A DNA stretch of 61,616 nt, filler included, from 8 parts of 8 records of this genome joined end to end with filler, not necessarily neighbours in it, one strand, 5' to 3'. Counted from the first letter of the whole stretch, positions 12,352-23,606 are shown. Made by a program: numbers and translations. Notes: a model not told the origin generated them from the sequence alone.

Positions 12352-14315
12352 TCAGTTTCCCTTCATGGCAACTTCCAGAAACACTTCCTTGACCTGGTCA
12401 TCGCTCTTCAAATCCCTTTTCTTGTCGACAATGCGTGCGAAGCACATCTCTTCTTCCACCTTCACAACCTCCAGCCGGGCGACGGATTTTGAATCTCCCT
12501 TCAGGACCCGTCCCTTATAAGTGACCTGCTCTCCCTCCTCGACAACATCGAAGGCTGTTCCGGAGGTGACACCCTGCTGACGCCCCAGATTCAGCATCGC
12601 CCTATCATCGTCGACTTTGACGATATAACCCTGAAGCGGATACGTCTCCATCACGGTTTTCAGGATCTCACGGTTCAGGTCGAACAACTCACGCTCCAGG
12701 TCCGCAGTGGCCGGCAAGCGATGGGTGATGGTCTTGGCAATCGCCGTTGTTTCCGTATCTATCATTCTCAAGTTGAGCAGGGTGCTGTCCGGCAGGTAGA
12801 GTAGCGTTCCGGTTCCGATCAGCTTGGCGGCCAGCAATTTGCCGAGCTGCAAAGCGGTTTGCGGGTCTGCGAGTTCGGATGATCTAGATTCAGCTCGGAG
12901 AGCAACTGCTCAATCACGGCCCTTTCGACCACCTGCACTCTTCCGGATGAGTCCAACAACTCTCCCAGCCGCGTCGCCAGGACAATTGAGAGCCCATCCC
13001 GTGAGGCCAACCCACCCCGCTCATCTATATTCAACAGGGTCACAATCATCGGTCGTGAAGTCCATTGATCTTCAGGTTGCACCTTTTCAGCCTTCTCCTG
13101 ACGCTTATAACGCTCTACAAGGCCACTGACCAGTTGGTCGATCCGTTTTTTACTCTCAGTATCCTTTTGGAGCGCCATCATCTGTTCGGCCTTCCGGGCC
13201 AGAATCCCGGCCATGGTATCTGCCTGGTCGAGCGAAAGGGCTTGCCGGTATTCGGCCAGGGCTTTGCTCCACAACCCCTCTTTTTCGTAGGTGACACCTT
13301 TATTGGAGGTTGGTTCCAGATAGTAAGGATCCATGGCGATCGCCTGGTCAAAAAGCCCCCGGGCCTTACCGTATTGTTTCTCTTGGGCATAGAGGCGCCC
13401 CAGCTGATTGTATGCCTCCGCCTTCTGGAATGTGGGGGCTTCGGGCAACTTGACCGCGGCTTGATAGGCAGCCTCGGCAGCCTTACGCTTCCCCTTTGCC
13501 ATCAGCAGATCCCCCTTGACCTTGTGCGGGACTGCCCGGTTTGGTGCCTCCTTGGAAACCTGCTCAACAAGAGCCAACGCCTTATCGCTCTTGCCGCTAC
13601 GGGCAAGGATGACGGCCTGCCCCTCTTTACCGATAACGGCATCTTTTCCCGGAGCTGATGCAATTTCATCGAATACGCTCTTGGCTACATCGGTCTTGCC
13701 CTCCGCAAGCGCAGCATACCCCTGGACTGCTTTTGCCTCCACGTTGCCCGGAGTGCTCTGAACGACTGTGTCTGCAATCGCTTTGGCCAATTGTGGCTGG
13801 TTTCGATGAATCTGACGCTCGGCCAGTCGAACCAGCATCACCTCTGCCGTTTTGCCGCCGCCTTGGAAATAGTCCAAAACCTTCATTTCGGGACCCAGCG
13901 TACACGCCACCGGCAGAACAACCTGGGCGTCATATTGGCGGCTGACGTCAGCAACATCCAACAAAATCGGAAACTTAATTTTGGTTTTGCGAATAAACGC
14001 TTGAATGGCATCAGGTGCGGAACGTGTTATACCCCATACGGAGAGCTGTTCATCTTTATACCTCTTCAAAAGCCTGTCGAGCATTAAAAGGCCACCCTGG
14101 CTGGACGAAGATTGCGCATCGAAGAAAAAGAGGACCGTCATCTGACGCCCCTGGTTCTCTGCCAGAGAGTGCTGCTGCCCATTAGTGTCGGCTAATGTAA
14201 AGCCAGGGGCTTTTTGACCGCTCTTGATTGCACTGACAGCATCTCCGGCATAGAAGAGATTGAGCGAGATAAACATCGCACCTACTGTAAGAATGGTACT
14301 CCATCTTATCTTCAT
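12352..14315 (-). CDS. Secreted fusion protein: signal peptide, AhpC/TSA redoxin-like domain, TPR repeats, CsgG-like domain and FlgT-C-like beta domain (one frameshift at ~12885)
   Basis: GQKAPGFTLADTNG...TVLFFF...KFPILLD redoxin fold; TPRs (AEAYNQLGRLY, PTSNKGVTYEKEGLWSKALAEY); VVERAVIEQLLSELNL continues as (G)SSELADPQTALQLGKLLAA in the 12352-12852 frame, matching the neighbour's ELNIGSSDLA; C-terminal LNLGRQQGVTSGTAFDV. Confidence 0.8.
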
Positions 14316-14624
14316 TGGCCTGCCTCCCATTGGTAGCTACAGTTCTCAGAATCGATCTTTTCAAATTGCGGAAATAGGTTCACTGAAAATCGGCATTTTA
14401 TATATGAGACTGCTGACGATTGATACACACCAAATTACCGACAAAGAAGATATAACCTGTTGTTTCTTTAAAGTAAAGGTGCAATATTGAATAATACCTC
14501 AGTTGCTTTCGCCAGGCTTGACCGGATATTGTGCTGTGAAACCTGAGCAGCAGGACAATAATTCATGGCTCTTTAAATCATCTCTACCATGAAAGTGCGC
14601 CATTCACGCCAAGGAGACCCGACC

Positions 14625-15446
14625 ATGGAAAATAGATCAAATATTACAATTCTTTGGCTCATCCTGCCGCTTCTTGCTTCATGTGCATCACCCCATAACA
14701 ACCTCAACAGCACCCTATGGATGCAAACGTCCATCGAGTATCAGGCCATCGCGAAAGCGACCTACCAAACCGCTGCCGCGAAACTCACTGAAGCGCTCCG
14801 GGATAAACAGTGGACCGCTGCCTTGGAACAGAAAAAGGGTTATGAACAGCTGCCGCCGGCCGTCATCCTGGATATCGATGAAACCACACTGGACAACTCG
14901 CCTTTTCAAGCTGAGTCAATCACCGGCAAACGCGCCTTTTCCAATGCCGCCTGGGACCAATGGATATCCATGGCCAAAGCAGAGCCCGTCCCAGGTGTGT
15001 TGTCTTTTATCAGGGAGGCTAAAAATAAAGGAATCCGCGTTATCTATCTCACGAATCGCAAATGCAGCCGACGAGATGACCATCCCGCGCCTTGCCCCCA
15101 AGAGGCAGACACCATCCGCAATCTTCTGGACAAGGGGTTTCCCGGGGTAGACCCCGAAGAGGAGATGTTGCTCCAGGATGAGCAGTACGGCTGGACCGGA
15201 GAAAAGAGCATCAGGCGCAGGCAGGTTGCACAGAGATATCGGATATTGATGCTGATAGGCGACGACCTTGGCGATTTCCTTCCTGACGTTAAAACAGGCG
15301 TTTCTACAGAGCAGCGCGCGCAAAAGGCAGCCCCTTTCGATGCCTACTGGGGCGATAAATGGTTTATGCTGCCCAACCCCACCTATGGATCGTGGTTAAG
15401 GATTCTCAGCCGGCCCCAAACCCAACATCTCAATGGGTACAGATAG
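14625..15446 (+). CDS. Class C acid phosphatase / 5'-nucleotidase lipoprotein, e(P4) family (HAD superfamily)
   Basis: Lipobox LASC; DIDETTLDNSP, YLTNR, IGDDLGDF and LPNPTYGSW motifs; GGAG ribosome-binding site before ATG 14625. Confidence 0.92.
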   Translation: MENRSNITILWLILPLLASCASPHNNLNSTLWMQTSIEYQAIAKATYQTAAAKLTEALRDKQWTAALEQKKGYEQLPPAVILDIDETTLDNSPFQAESITGKRAFSNAAWDQWISMAKAEPVPGVLSFIREAKNKGIRVIYLTNRKCSRRDDHPAPCPQEADTIRNLLDKGFPGVDPEEEMLLQDEQYGWTGEKSIRRRQVAQRYRILMLIGDDLGDFLPDVKTGVSTEQRAQKAAPFDAYWGDKWFMLPNPTYGSWLRILSRPQTQHLNGYR

Positions 15447-15695
15447 AGACCCTTTTCCCGTGAACCCAATGTTGGCCCAATGTTAACTTGATCGACCGGT
15501 CAAGTTCTGCTAACTATTGAGTATCTGTTTAAATGTATTGAGTTGACAGGAATCCGATCTGCTGTTTGTTCCGCTCTCCAAATGCACCTCCATTCTGTAT
15601 TGCATATCCCCAACATCCAGTAAAACATGTAAACTGGTAGGGTTATGTGTCGCCACGTAGGTTGACGCAAGGTAGGAACGATCAAAAGTCGCCAT

Positions 15696-16537
15696 ATGAG
15701 AGAAAAGCCCCCACATGGAAAACACGTAAGACCGATAGCGGAGACCAAGCACGATAACCCTCCGGCGGATACTTTCCAACAGTACTGTATCGAGAAGGAG
15801 CTGCAGGAGAGCGAAGCGAGACTGAAGCTGTTCATCGAGCTCGCACCGGCACCGATCGCCATGTGCGATCTGCAGATGCGCTATCTTGCCTATAGCCGCA
15901 GGTGGATTGCGGATTATCAGTTGCCAAATGAGGATCTTATCGGTCGATCGCACTATGAAGTATTCAAGAGCATACCCGAGAAATGGAAGCAGGAGCACCA
16001 ACGTTGCTTCAAGGGCGAAATCATCAATTCAGAGGAGGAACTCTTCACCCGTGCCGATGGATCGATCGACTGGGTCAGGCGGAAAGTGCATCCATGGCGA
16101 GATACAAGCGGAACAATTGGTGGCCTGATAATGCTCACTGAGGTCATTACAGGAAGAAAGATGATCGAAACCGCGCTCATCGAATCGGAAGCAAAATATC
16201 GTACACTGGTTGAAAACGCAACGGACGCCATATTTATCGCCCAGGACGAATCCATAAAGTTTCCCAATAAAAAAGCGCTCGAAATGCTGAGCTATCAAAA
16301 TGAAAAGAGAGAACAGATTCCCTTTCTTCGCATCATCCATCCCGATGACCGTCAGCGGGTAGCCGATATTCATCACAGGCGCCTAAAGGGTGAAGAGGGG
16401 CTGCCCACCTCTTACACTTTTAGAATCATCAACCGAAAAGGCATCGAATATGTAGTGGAACTCAACGCTGTCCGCATCGATTGGGAGGGGCGTCTGGCAA
16501 CATTAAACTTTGTGCGAGACATCACAGAACAAAAAAA
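15696..16537 (+). CDS. Multi-PAS sensor protein, 3'-truncated (probably a histidine kinase or cyclase)
   Basis: Two PAS/PAC units (APIAMCD...IGRSHYEVF...WVRRKVHPW; ESEAKYRTLVENA...IHPDD...RDITEQK). Confidence 0.88.
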
Positions 16538-16637
16538 NNNNNNNNNNNNNNNNNNNNNNNNNNNNNNNNNNNNNNNNNNNNTTAATTAATTAANNNNNNN
16601 NNNNNNNNNNNNNNNNNNNNNNNNNNNNNNNNNNNNN
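16538..16637. other. Artificial contig linker
   Basis: 44 N + TTAATTAATTAA + 44 N. Confidence 0.99.
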
Positions 16638-17430
16638 CCAGGCTGGCGTTGGAGAAAGCTAAGCCAGCATATAGGCTGGCAAGTGCAACTTTACTACGTG
16701 CTTCAAGATTTATTGGGTCATTTACTGAAGGAATTAAGTTTTGCTTGATTAACCTGATGGCTTCGAGCGCATGTAAATCTGTAAAATCAGAACTGGCATT
16801 TGAGACAAATGCTTCAAATGCATGTGAAAGTACATCAATCCCGGTGCATGCAGTAAGAAATTTATTCATGCTGGTAAGGGGGGTCGGATCGATTAATGCT
16901 ATGTCTGGAACAACAGCTTTACTTATAATTGCCATTTTGTAGCGTTCTTCAGAATTATTGATAATCGCAAATTGTGATACGTCGGCAGCAGTTCCTCCAG
17001 TAGTCGGGATGCAAATTAGAGGTGGCATTGGTGCTTCAATCATATCCACACCCTCGAACTCACAGATGTGTTTATTGTTGGTCGAGACAATGCCAATCCC
17101 TTTTGCGCAGTCGAGTACACTACCTCCTCCAATTGCCAGTATAATATCACATTGCTTTTCAATGTATAATTTAGAACCAAACATAACCTCATGATCTCTA
17201 GGATTAGGAGTTACAGAAGAGAAAATATTAAATCTGATTTTCTGCTGATCAATGCTGTCTGTCACATCTTTTAGCCAAGGAGTATTTACAATTCCTTGAT
17301 CGGTAACAATCATGACATTTTTGGCGCCAAAATACTTGCAATAATCTCCGGCTTTCAAACGTGCATCTTTCCCAATGATAAATTCGGGTGCTAGAAATTT
17401 ACGCATCCCTAATTCAATTCCATCATTCAT
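16638..17430 (-). CDS. Iron-containing alcohol dehydrogenase family protein, ErcA-like, 3'-truncated
   Basis: GGGSVLDCAKGI, IPTTGGTAADVS, GIDVLSHAFEA and AGLAFSNASL motifs; N-terminal MRKFLAPEFI resembles the ErcA subfamily. Confidence 0.88.
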
Positions 17431-17620
17431 ATTCTTGTAGATAAAGTATGAATAAACCCTTACATGATTACTAAGATAAGTAAATTAATGAATTGAAAAG
17501 AAATTTAGCTTTTTAAAATAATCAAGAAATGGTGTAAGTAAAACGTGCTTTGAATAATTGGAGATTTGTGCAAAAGAGGAATTTGTTCTTTTTTGTAAAA
17601 AAAATGCAGATAATCCATGT

Positions 17621-17866
17621 CTATTGTTTCTTTCTTTTAAACCAATTTACTGGATTCAGCTTGGCTTTATATTTGATGAATAGTTCTTTTCCAACAAGTA
17701 ACCCGCCTGCCCAGAACACAACTTCCATTGCAATAAAGCTGGCAGAAGACCAAAATACCTTTTGTTTAGTTTCAAGGGAAGTAAACGGAATAAGCAGCAT
17801 TAAGCCAAAAAAGACACCACTGAAAATCATGAGAAAGATTCCTAATTTAATTTGCCAATTTTTCAT
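17621..17866 (-). CDS. Small two-TM membrane protein (transporter-suffix-domain-like)
   Basis: 81 aa with two hydrophobic helices and an EVVFWAGGLLVGKE motif. Confidence 0.65.
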   Translation of the reverse strand: MKNWQIKLGIFLMIFSGVFFGLMLLIPFTSLETKQKVFWSSASFIAMEVVFWAGGLLVGKELFIKYKAKLNPVNWFKRKKQ

Positions 17867-18141
17867 TGTATTATACTATAATCAGGTAAAATGAGATTGC
17901 AGTAACGATTATTCCAATCATCCATAAAACTATTCGTATGCGTTTTCCCTTTCTTTGTTCTTTTTAATTTTTGAAGGAATTGTTCTTTTTGTTCTAATGG
18001 AACTTCTTTGAATTTTAAATCACGATGATGCGATCTGTAGGGTTTGTCAGATTTCTTAAATGGTTTATGCTTGTCCTTTGCAATATCCCTTCTGTTTTTT
18101 ATTGACTGCACCATGGCAGCTATAGCACCACCGCCTAGCAT
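17863..18141 (-). CDS. Small basic hypothetical protein (C-terminus possibly frameshifted)
   Basis: ORF overlaps the downstream gene by 4 nt; Lys-rich; N-terminal GGGAIAAMVQSIKN. Confidence 0.5.
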   Translation of the reverse strand: MLGGGAIAAMVQSIKNRRDIAKDKHKPFKKSDKPYRSHHRDLKFKEVPLEQKEQFLQKLKRTKKGKTHTNSFMDDWNNRYCNLILPDYSIIQ

Positions 18142-18199
18142 GATGATTAAATTTATTGCCGGATTAGAGAGATTAAGCTCTGACCCGGCTAATTTTTTA

Positions 18200-18637
18200 T
18201 CATTTTTCTATGATGACGATTTTTTCAATCTCATCTCCCTGACGAATATCTTCAATAACATCTACACCTTCAGTAACTTTACCAAAGCAGGTATGGTTTC
18301 TGTCTAAGTGTGCAGTATTTTCCCGACTGTGACAAATAAAGAACTGAGAGCCGCCAGTATTACGCCCTGCATGTGCCATTGACAATACGCCACGATCATG
18401 GTATTGGTTGTCACCATCGAGTTCACAATTGATACTATAGCCGGGACCACCTGCTCCAGTTCCATCAGGGCAACCTCCCTGGATGACAAAATTTGGTATT
18501 ACCCGGTGAAAAGTTAAACCATCATAAAAACCATCTTTTGATAGTTTAATGAAGTTTTCAACTGTGCCGGGGGCATCTGCTTCGTAAAAATCAACTTTCA
18601 TTAACCCCTTGCTGGTATGAATTTCTGCTTGTTTCAT
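18200..18637 (-). CDS. Cyclophilin-type peptidyl-prolyl cis-trans isomerase
   Basis: FYDGLTFHRVIPNFVIQGGCP, LSMAHAGRNTGGSQFFI and HTCFGKV motifs; start set at MKQAE. Confidence 0.97.
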   Translation of the reverse strand: MKQAEIHTSKGLMKVDFYEADAPGTVENFIKLSKDGFYDGLTFHRVIPNFVIQGGCPDGTGAGGPGYSINCELDGDNQYHDRGVLSMAHAGRNTGGSQFFICHSRENTAHLDRNHTCFGKVTEGVDVIEDIRQGDEIEKIVIIEK

Positions 18638-18705
18638 TTTTTTCTGATTTAAATTGAGATTGTAAAAATACAATTTGTAGTTACTGGTGCAAAGCACTTA
18701 ACTCT

Positions 18706-19496
18706 TTAAATTAGATACTTTTTATACATTCTTAAAATGCAATAAGTTGCAATAATAGCTGCAACAAGATAAATGGATAGGTACAAAAAACTACTGTTGA
18801 TTACTGAAAATAGAGAAGACTCAATCCCCCATTTTATTGAAAAAAGGAATGATATGAAATTATTGATTGCATGAATAAGGATACAAAGGAGCAATGATTT
18901 ACTTTGCCAATAAACAAAACCAAGGAAGCAGCTGAATATGAACGCAAAAACTGACTGGTGGATATTCATGTGAATTAATCCAAATAATACAGATGAAATT
19001 AAGATTGCCTTAATTGGTGAAAAATTCTTTAAGAAACCGTTTAAATAATTCCTCGAAAAATAATTTCTTCAGTAATAGGTAATATGATTACAGCAAAAGA
19101 GATTGCGATAACACTATTGTTTATTATTTCTTTAAACATTCCAATAACTTGTTGTGAAGGAGGAATAAGTTCTACGATTGGGTCGGATAAAATAATAATT
19201 GATAAGGTGCAAAATACACTAAGTAAAATATAAGTATTTGAAGGCAGAATTTTTAGTTCGTTTAATAAACTGTATTTACGGTTTTTCTTAATCCGATACA
19301 GTCCGTAATAAATGATCAGGAGATTTACTATTGAAAGTAGGGTTGCTGAAAAAACTGGCTTTGTAATGACATTTATTAACTCCAACTCGGATATGGTTGA
19401 AGCAACTGTAAATGGTAAAATAATTAAGAATATAAATAGGACTAGTCTTAAAAGTAATGTAAATGCTTGGAGTGTTGTAGGGTAGTGCTTTGGCAT
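18706..19496 (-). CDS. CPBP family (CAAX protease-like) intramembrane metalloprotease, frameshifted at ~19043
   Basis: PITEEIIFRG in ORF 19041-19538 continues as ...NGFLKN...LFGLIH and IHAINN in the ORF ending 18706; adding one T to a T-run restores the frame. Confidence 0.88.
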
Positions 19497-19746
19497 GACA
19501 ATAGGGTTTTGTTGTTGTTTTAAAGGTACAAAAGTCATACATTATGATTGGCAGGTTTTTCGTATTTATTTATGAACGTATAAATATTTATTGTTGAATA
19601 AGCATTTTGCATATATGAAGGTTAATAATTTACGTTTTTATGTAAAATATGTTGATGTTGAAAATATGAGGAAAATCACTGTTTAATAACAACTTGAACT
19701 ATAGCTGCTTATTTTAGAACTTGAAGACAAAATAAAAATTAAGAAG

Positions 19747-21098
19747 ATGGCAAATACGACAGAACAATTTATTGAAGATTTCATGGGATATGTTAAAGTT
19801 CGTGACCCTTTTCAGGCTGAATTTCATCAGGCTGTTCATGAAGTAGTTGAGTCTCTTGCTCCTTTTTTAGTTGATAATCCAAGGTATTTGAAAGCCCGGA
19901 TTTTGGAGCGTATTGTTGAACCGGAACGTGTAATTCAATTTCGGGTTCCATGGGTTGATGATAAAGGGAATGTGCATGTAAATCGTGGTTTTAGAATTGA
20001 AATGAATTCTGCAATTGGACCATATAAAGGTGGATTGCGTTTTCACCCAACAGTAAATTTGAGTATTTTAAAGTTTTTGGCGTTTGAGCAGGTGTTTAAA
20101 AATAGCTTGACAAGCTTGCCTATGGGGGTGGAAAAGGAGGCTCTGATTTTGATCCGAAAAATAAGACAGATAATGAAGTGATGCGTTTTTGCCAAAGTTT
20201 TATGACGGAATTGCAGCGTCATATCGGACCAAATACCGATGTGCCTGCTGGCGATATTGGTGTTGGTGGACGAGAAATAGGATTTTTATTTGGGCAGTAC
20301 AAGCGACTTCGAAATGAATTTACAGGAGTGCTAACAGGAAAAGGCTTGGAATGGGGTGGAAGTTTAATTCGGCCAGAGGCTACTGGTTACGGCGCCGTTT
20401 ATTTTGCAGAAGAGATGATGGTGCAAAAGGATGAGTCGTTTGCAGGTAAGGTTGTTGCCGTTTCTGGTTCTGGAAATGTAGCACAATTTGCAAGTGAAAA
20501 GGTTATAGAGTTGGGCGGGAAGGTGGTTTCGCTTTCAGATTCCAGTGGCTCAATTTATGATCCGGAAGGGATTGATCGTGAGAAACTGGATTATGTGATG
20601 GAATTAAAAAATGTTCAGCGAGGAAGAATAAAAGAATATGCTGATAAATATGGTTGTGAATATCATAAAGGGAAAAGACCTTGGTTTATAAATTGTGATG
20701 TTGCATTGCCATGTGCTACGGAAAATGAACTAGATGCTAATGATGCTGAAATGTTATTGAGAAATGGATGCCAGGTTATATCAGAAGGGGCAAATATGCC
20801 TTCTACTCCCGAAGCCGTGCATGCGTTTCAATCTGCTAAAATATTATATGCTCCTGGCAAAGCTGCAAACGCTGGCGGTGTTGCGGTGTCTGGACTTGAG
20901 ATGGCTCAAAATAGTATGCGCCTTAACTGGACCAGAGAAGAAGTCGATGGTCGTTTACATACCATTATGAAGAATATTCATGAAATGTGCATAAAGCACG
21001 GAACAAACCCAGACGGGTGGGTTAATTATGTAGATGGTGCAAATATTGGAGGTTTTGTTAAAATTGCAACTGCAATGATGGCACAGGGAATTGTCTAA
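19747..21098 (+). CDS. gdhA: Glutamate dehydrogenase, copy 1 (frameshift at ~20125 in the GGGKGG codons)
   Basis: GPYKGGLRFHP, DVPAGDIGVG, RPEATGYG, SGSGNVAQ and PGKAANAGGVAVS motifs. Confidence 0.95.
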
Positions 21099-21122
21099 GT
21101 AATGCCAAAAAACACTTTTTAT

Positions 21123-21153
21123 AGGCAGCCATTTTTATTGGTTGCCTTTTTTT
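21123..21153 (+). terminator. Rho-independent terminator after gdh copy 1
   Basis: Stem AGGCAGCCA...TGGTTGCCT followed by a T-run. Confidence 0.75.
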
Positions 21154-21321
21154 GTTTCAGGTTTTAATAGCTATAAAATATCTGTCAATATAATCTGCTT
21201 AATAACGGTGTTATTAAACATTGGCATCGACCTATTTTTCTGGGCGAAAATCAGTTTTTAGGTGTAATTTCGTCTCTTCCTTTGTCAGGGAATATATCAG
21301 TCATTTAGAAGTAAAATAAGT

Positions 21322-22659
21322 ATGATGAAAACAGATGTGAATCAATTTATGGAGGCATTAAAAGCCCGCACGCAAGGTGAGAATGAATTTCATCAGGCAG
21401 TGCAAGAAGTTGTTGAATCCGTTTGGGATGTTTATCAACGAAATCCACGATATCAAAAGGCAAAAATCTTAGAACGTATGGTTGAACCGGAACGAGTTAT
21501 AATGTTTCGTGTTCCGTGGGTGGATGATCAGGGCGATGTACAGGTGAATCGGGGATATCGGGTTGAATTCAATTCAGCGCTTGGTCCATACAAAGGTGGT
21601 CTTCGGTTTCATCCAACTGTATCGCTTTCAATTCTGAAGTTTTTAGGGTTTGAACAAACATTTAAAAATAGCTTAACAACCTTACCGATGGGTGGTGGGA
21701 AAGGTGGTTCAGATTTCAGCCCAAAAGGAAAATCGGATAATGAAATTATGCGTTTCTGTCAAAATTTTATGACGGAGCTGCAACGACATATAGGTCCAAG
21801 TACCGATGTGCCTGCCGGTGATATTGGTGTTGGTGGTCGTGAGATTGGATATTTGTTCGGTCAATATAAACGAATTCGCAACGAGTTTACGGGTGTTCTA
21901 ACAGGAAAGGGCTTGGCATGGGGAGGAAGCTTAATCCGACCTGAAGCAACAGGTTTTGGTGCAGTTTATTTTACTCAGCACATGCTGGCTCAGCTTGGTA
22001 AAAAAGTAGAAGGACATACGTTTAGTGTGTCTGGATTTGGAAATGTAGCATGGGGAGCAATTGCGAAAATAAACGAGCTGGGAGGCAAGGTTGTAACCAT
22101 ATCTGGACCCGATGGATATATCTATGATTCAGAAGGTATAACCGGAGATAAAGTTAATTATTTATTAGAGCTTCGAGCTACTAATAATGATATTGTAGAA
22201 CCTTATGCCGATGAGTTTGGTGCTGAATTTCATCCGGATAAAAAACCTTGGGAAGTTAAGGCAGATATTGCAATTCCTTGTGCTACTGAAAATGAGGTTG
22301 GTCTTGATGATGCTAAGATTTTGGTGGATAACGGGTGTTTTATGTTGGCAGAGGCTTCTAATATGGGGTGTACGGCCGAAGCCGTTGATTACTTGATTGA
22401 GAAAATACACTATGCTCCGGGTAAGGCAGTTAATGCAGGAGGTGTTGCTGTGTCTGGTTTAGAAATGACCCAGAATAGTCAACGGTTAAATTGGACTCGA
22501 GAAGAAGTGGATGCACGTTTGCATATAATTATGCATGAGATTCATGAAACATGCGTTAAATATGGTAGAAATGGATCTAAAATCAATTATGTGAAGGGAG
22601 CAAATCTAGGTGGTTTTGTTAAGGTCGCTGATGCAATGCTCGCACAAGGTGTTGTTTAA
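21322..22659 (+). CDS. gdhA: Glutamate dehydrogenase, copy 2
   Basis: Intact 445 aa; PMGGGKGGSDF, RPEATGFG, SGFGNVAWG and TISGPDG motifs. Confidence 0.96.
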   Translation: MMKTDVNQFMEALKARTQGENEFHQAVQEVVESVWDVYQRNPRYQKAKILERMVEPERVIMFRVPWVDDQGDVQVNRGYRVEFNSALGPYKGGLRFHPTVSLSILKFLGFEQTFKNSLTTLPMGGGKGGSDFSPKGKSDNEIMRFCQNFMTELQRHIGPSTDVPAGDIGVGGREIGYLFGQYKRIRNEFTGVLTGKGLAWGGSLIRPEATGFGAVYFTQHMLAQLGKKVEGHTFSVSGFGNVAWGAIAKINELGGKVVTISGPDGYIYDSEGITGDKVNYLLELRATNNDIVEPYADEFGAEFHPDKKPWEVKADIAIPCATENEVGLDDAKILVDNGCFMLAEASNMGCTAEAVDYLIEKIHYAPGKAVNAGGVAVSGLEMTQNSQRLNWTREEVDARLHIIMHEIHETCVKYGRNGSKINYVKGANLGGFVKVADAMLAQGVV

Positions 22660-22820
22660 TTAATTATTAGAATATCGTTTCTTCCTTTAATAACACAAAT
22701 GAGTCTCGGGAGTCAATTCGAAGTGATTTTTCGGGTTTTATTGTTGAATTATCATTTAGATAATATTCCAATTACAACCAGTTTGTCTAAAAATGTTTTC
22801 TTTGATGCAAATTTTTTAAT

Positions 22821-23585
22821 ATGCTCATAGATACACATTCACATATATATTCAGAAGAATTTATTAATGATATTGATGAGGTTATAAAACGATCTTATCA
22901 AAATGACGTTAGAAAGATTGTGTTACCTAATATTGATAGTTCTTCGGTTAAGAAAATGCTTGATCTTGCAGATAACTATCCACAGATATGTTTTCCATTA
23001 ATGGGTTTGCATCCAACCTCTGTTAATGAGGATTATAAAGAAGAACTCTTGTTGGTAGAGTATTGGCTTAAGAAAAGAACGTTCTTCGGAATTGGAGAAA
23101 TAGGAATTGATTTGTATTGGGAAACTAAATTTTTGGATGAACAGATAGTTGCTTTTAGGCATCAGTTGTATTTGGCAAAAAAGTATAAGCTTCCTGTTGT
23201 AATTCATGTACGAGATTCTTTTAAGGAAACCTATGAAGTTTTAAATGAGGAAAATTCCGATGAATTAAATGGTGTGTTTCATAGTTTTACCGGCACACTA
23301 GATCAAGCCAATCAGATTATTGATTTGGGTTTTAAATTGGGGATTGGGGGAATTGTTACTTTTAAAAACAGTGGGTTGGATAAGGTATTGGCGAATGTTG
23401 ATCCTATTCATATGGTACTGGAAACAGACTCACCTTATTTAACTCCATCGCCAAATCGAGGAAAAAGAAATGAAAGTGCTTACCTGATATATATTGCTCA
23501 AAAAATTGCTGAAATTCATAATGTTACAATTGGAAAAATTGCCAATATTACTACTAAAAATGCAACACAATTGTTCGGTATTTAA
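22821..23585 (+). CDS. tatD: TatD family hydrolase/DNase
   Basis: IDTHSH, GLHP, IGEIGID, VIHVRD, VFHSF and LETDSPYL motifs. Confidence 0.96.
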   Translation: MLIDTHSHIYSEEFINDIDEVIKRSYQNDVRKIVLPNIDSSSVKKMLDLADNYPQICFPLMGLHPTSVNEDYKEELLLVEYWLKKRTFFGIGEIGIDLYWETKFLDEQIVAFRHQLYLAKKYKLPVVIHVRDSFKETYEVLNEENSDELNGVFHSFTGTLDQANQIIDLGFKLGIGGIVTFKNSGLDKVLANVDPIHMVLETDSPYLTPSPNRGKRNESAYLIYIAQKIAEIHNVTIGKIANITTKNATQLFGI

Positions 23586-23598
23586 TTAATGGTTTAAC

Positions 23599-23606
23599 TA
23601 CATTTG
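23599..23606 (+). promoter_or_regulatory. Bacteroidota -7 promoter element (TAnnTTTG) upstream of ansA
   Basis: TACATTTG lies 20 nt before the TTG start at 23626. Confidence 0.5.

Noticed and set aside
15485..15506. Inverted repeat AACTTGA...TCAAGTT as an FNR/CRP box
   Set aside because: TTGA-TCAA spacing is 8 nt rather than 6; could be a weak hairpin, not assignable.
15696..17430. PAS sensor next to the ErcA-like gene as an ErcA/ErcS-type pair
   Set aside because: They are on different contigs separated by a linker.
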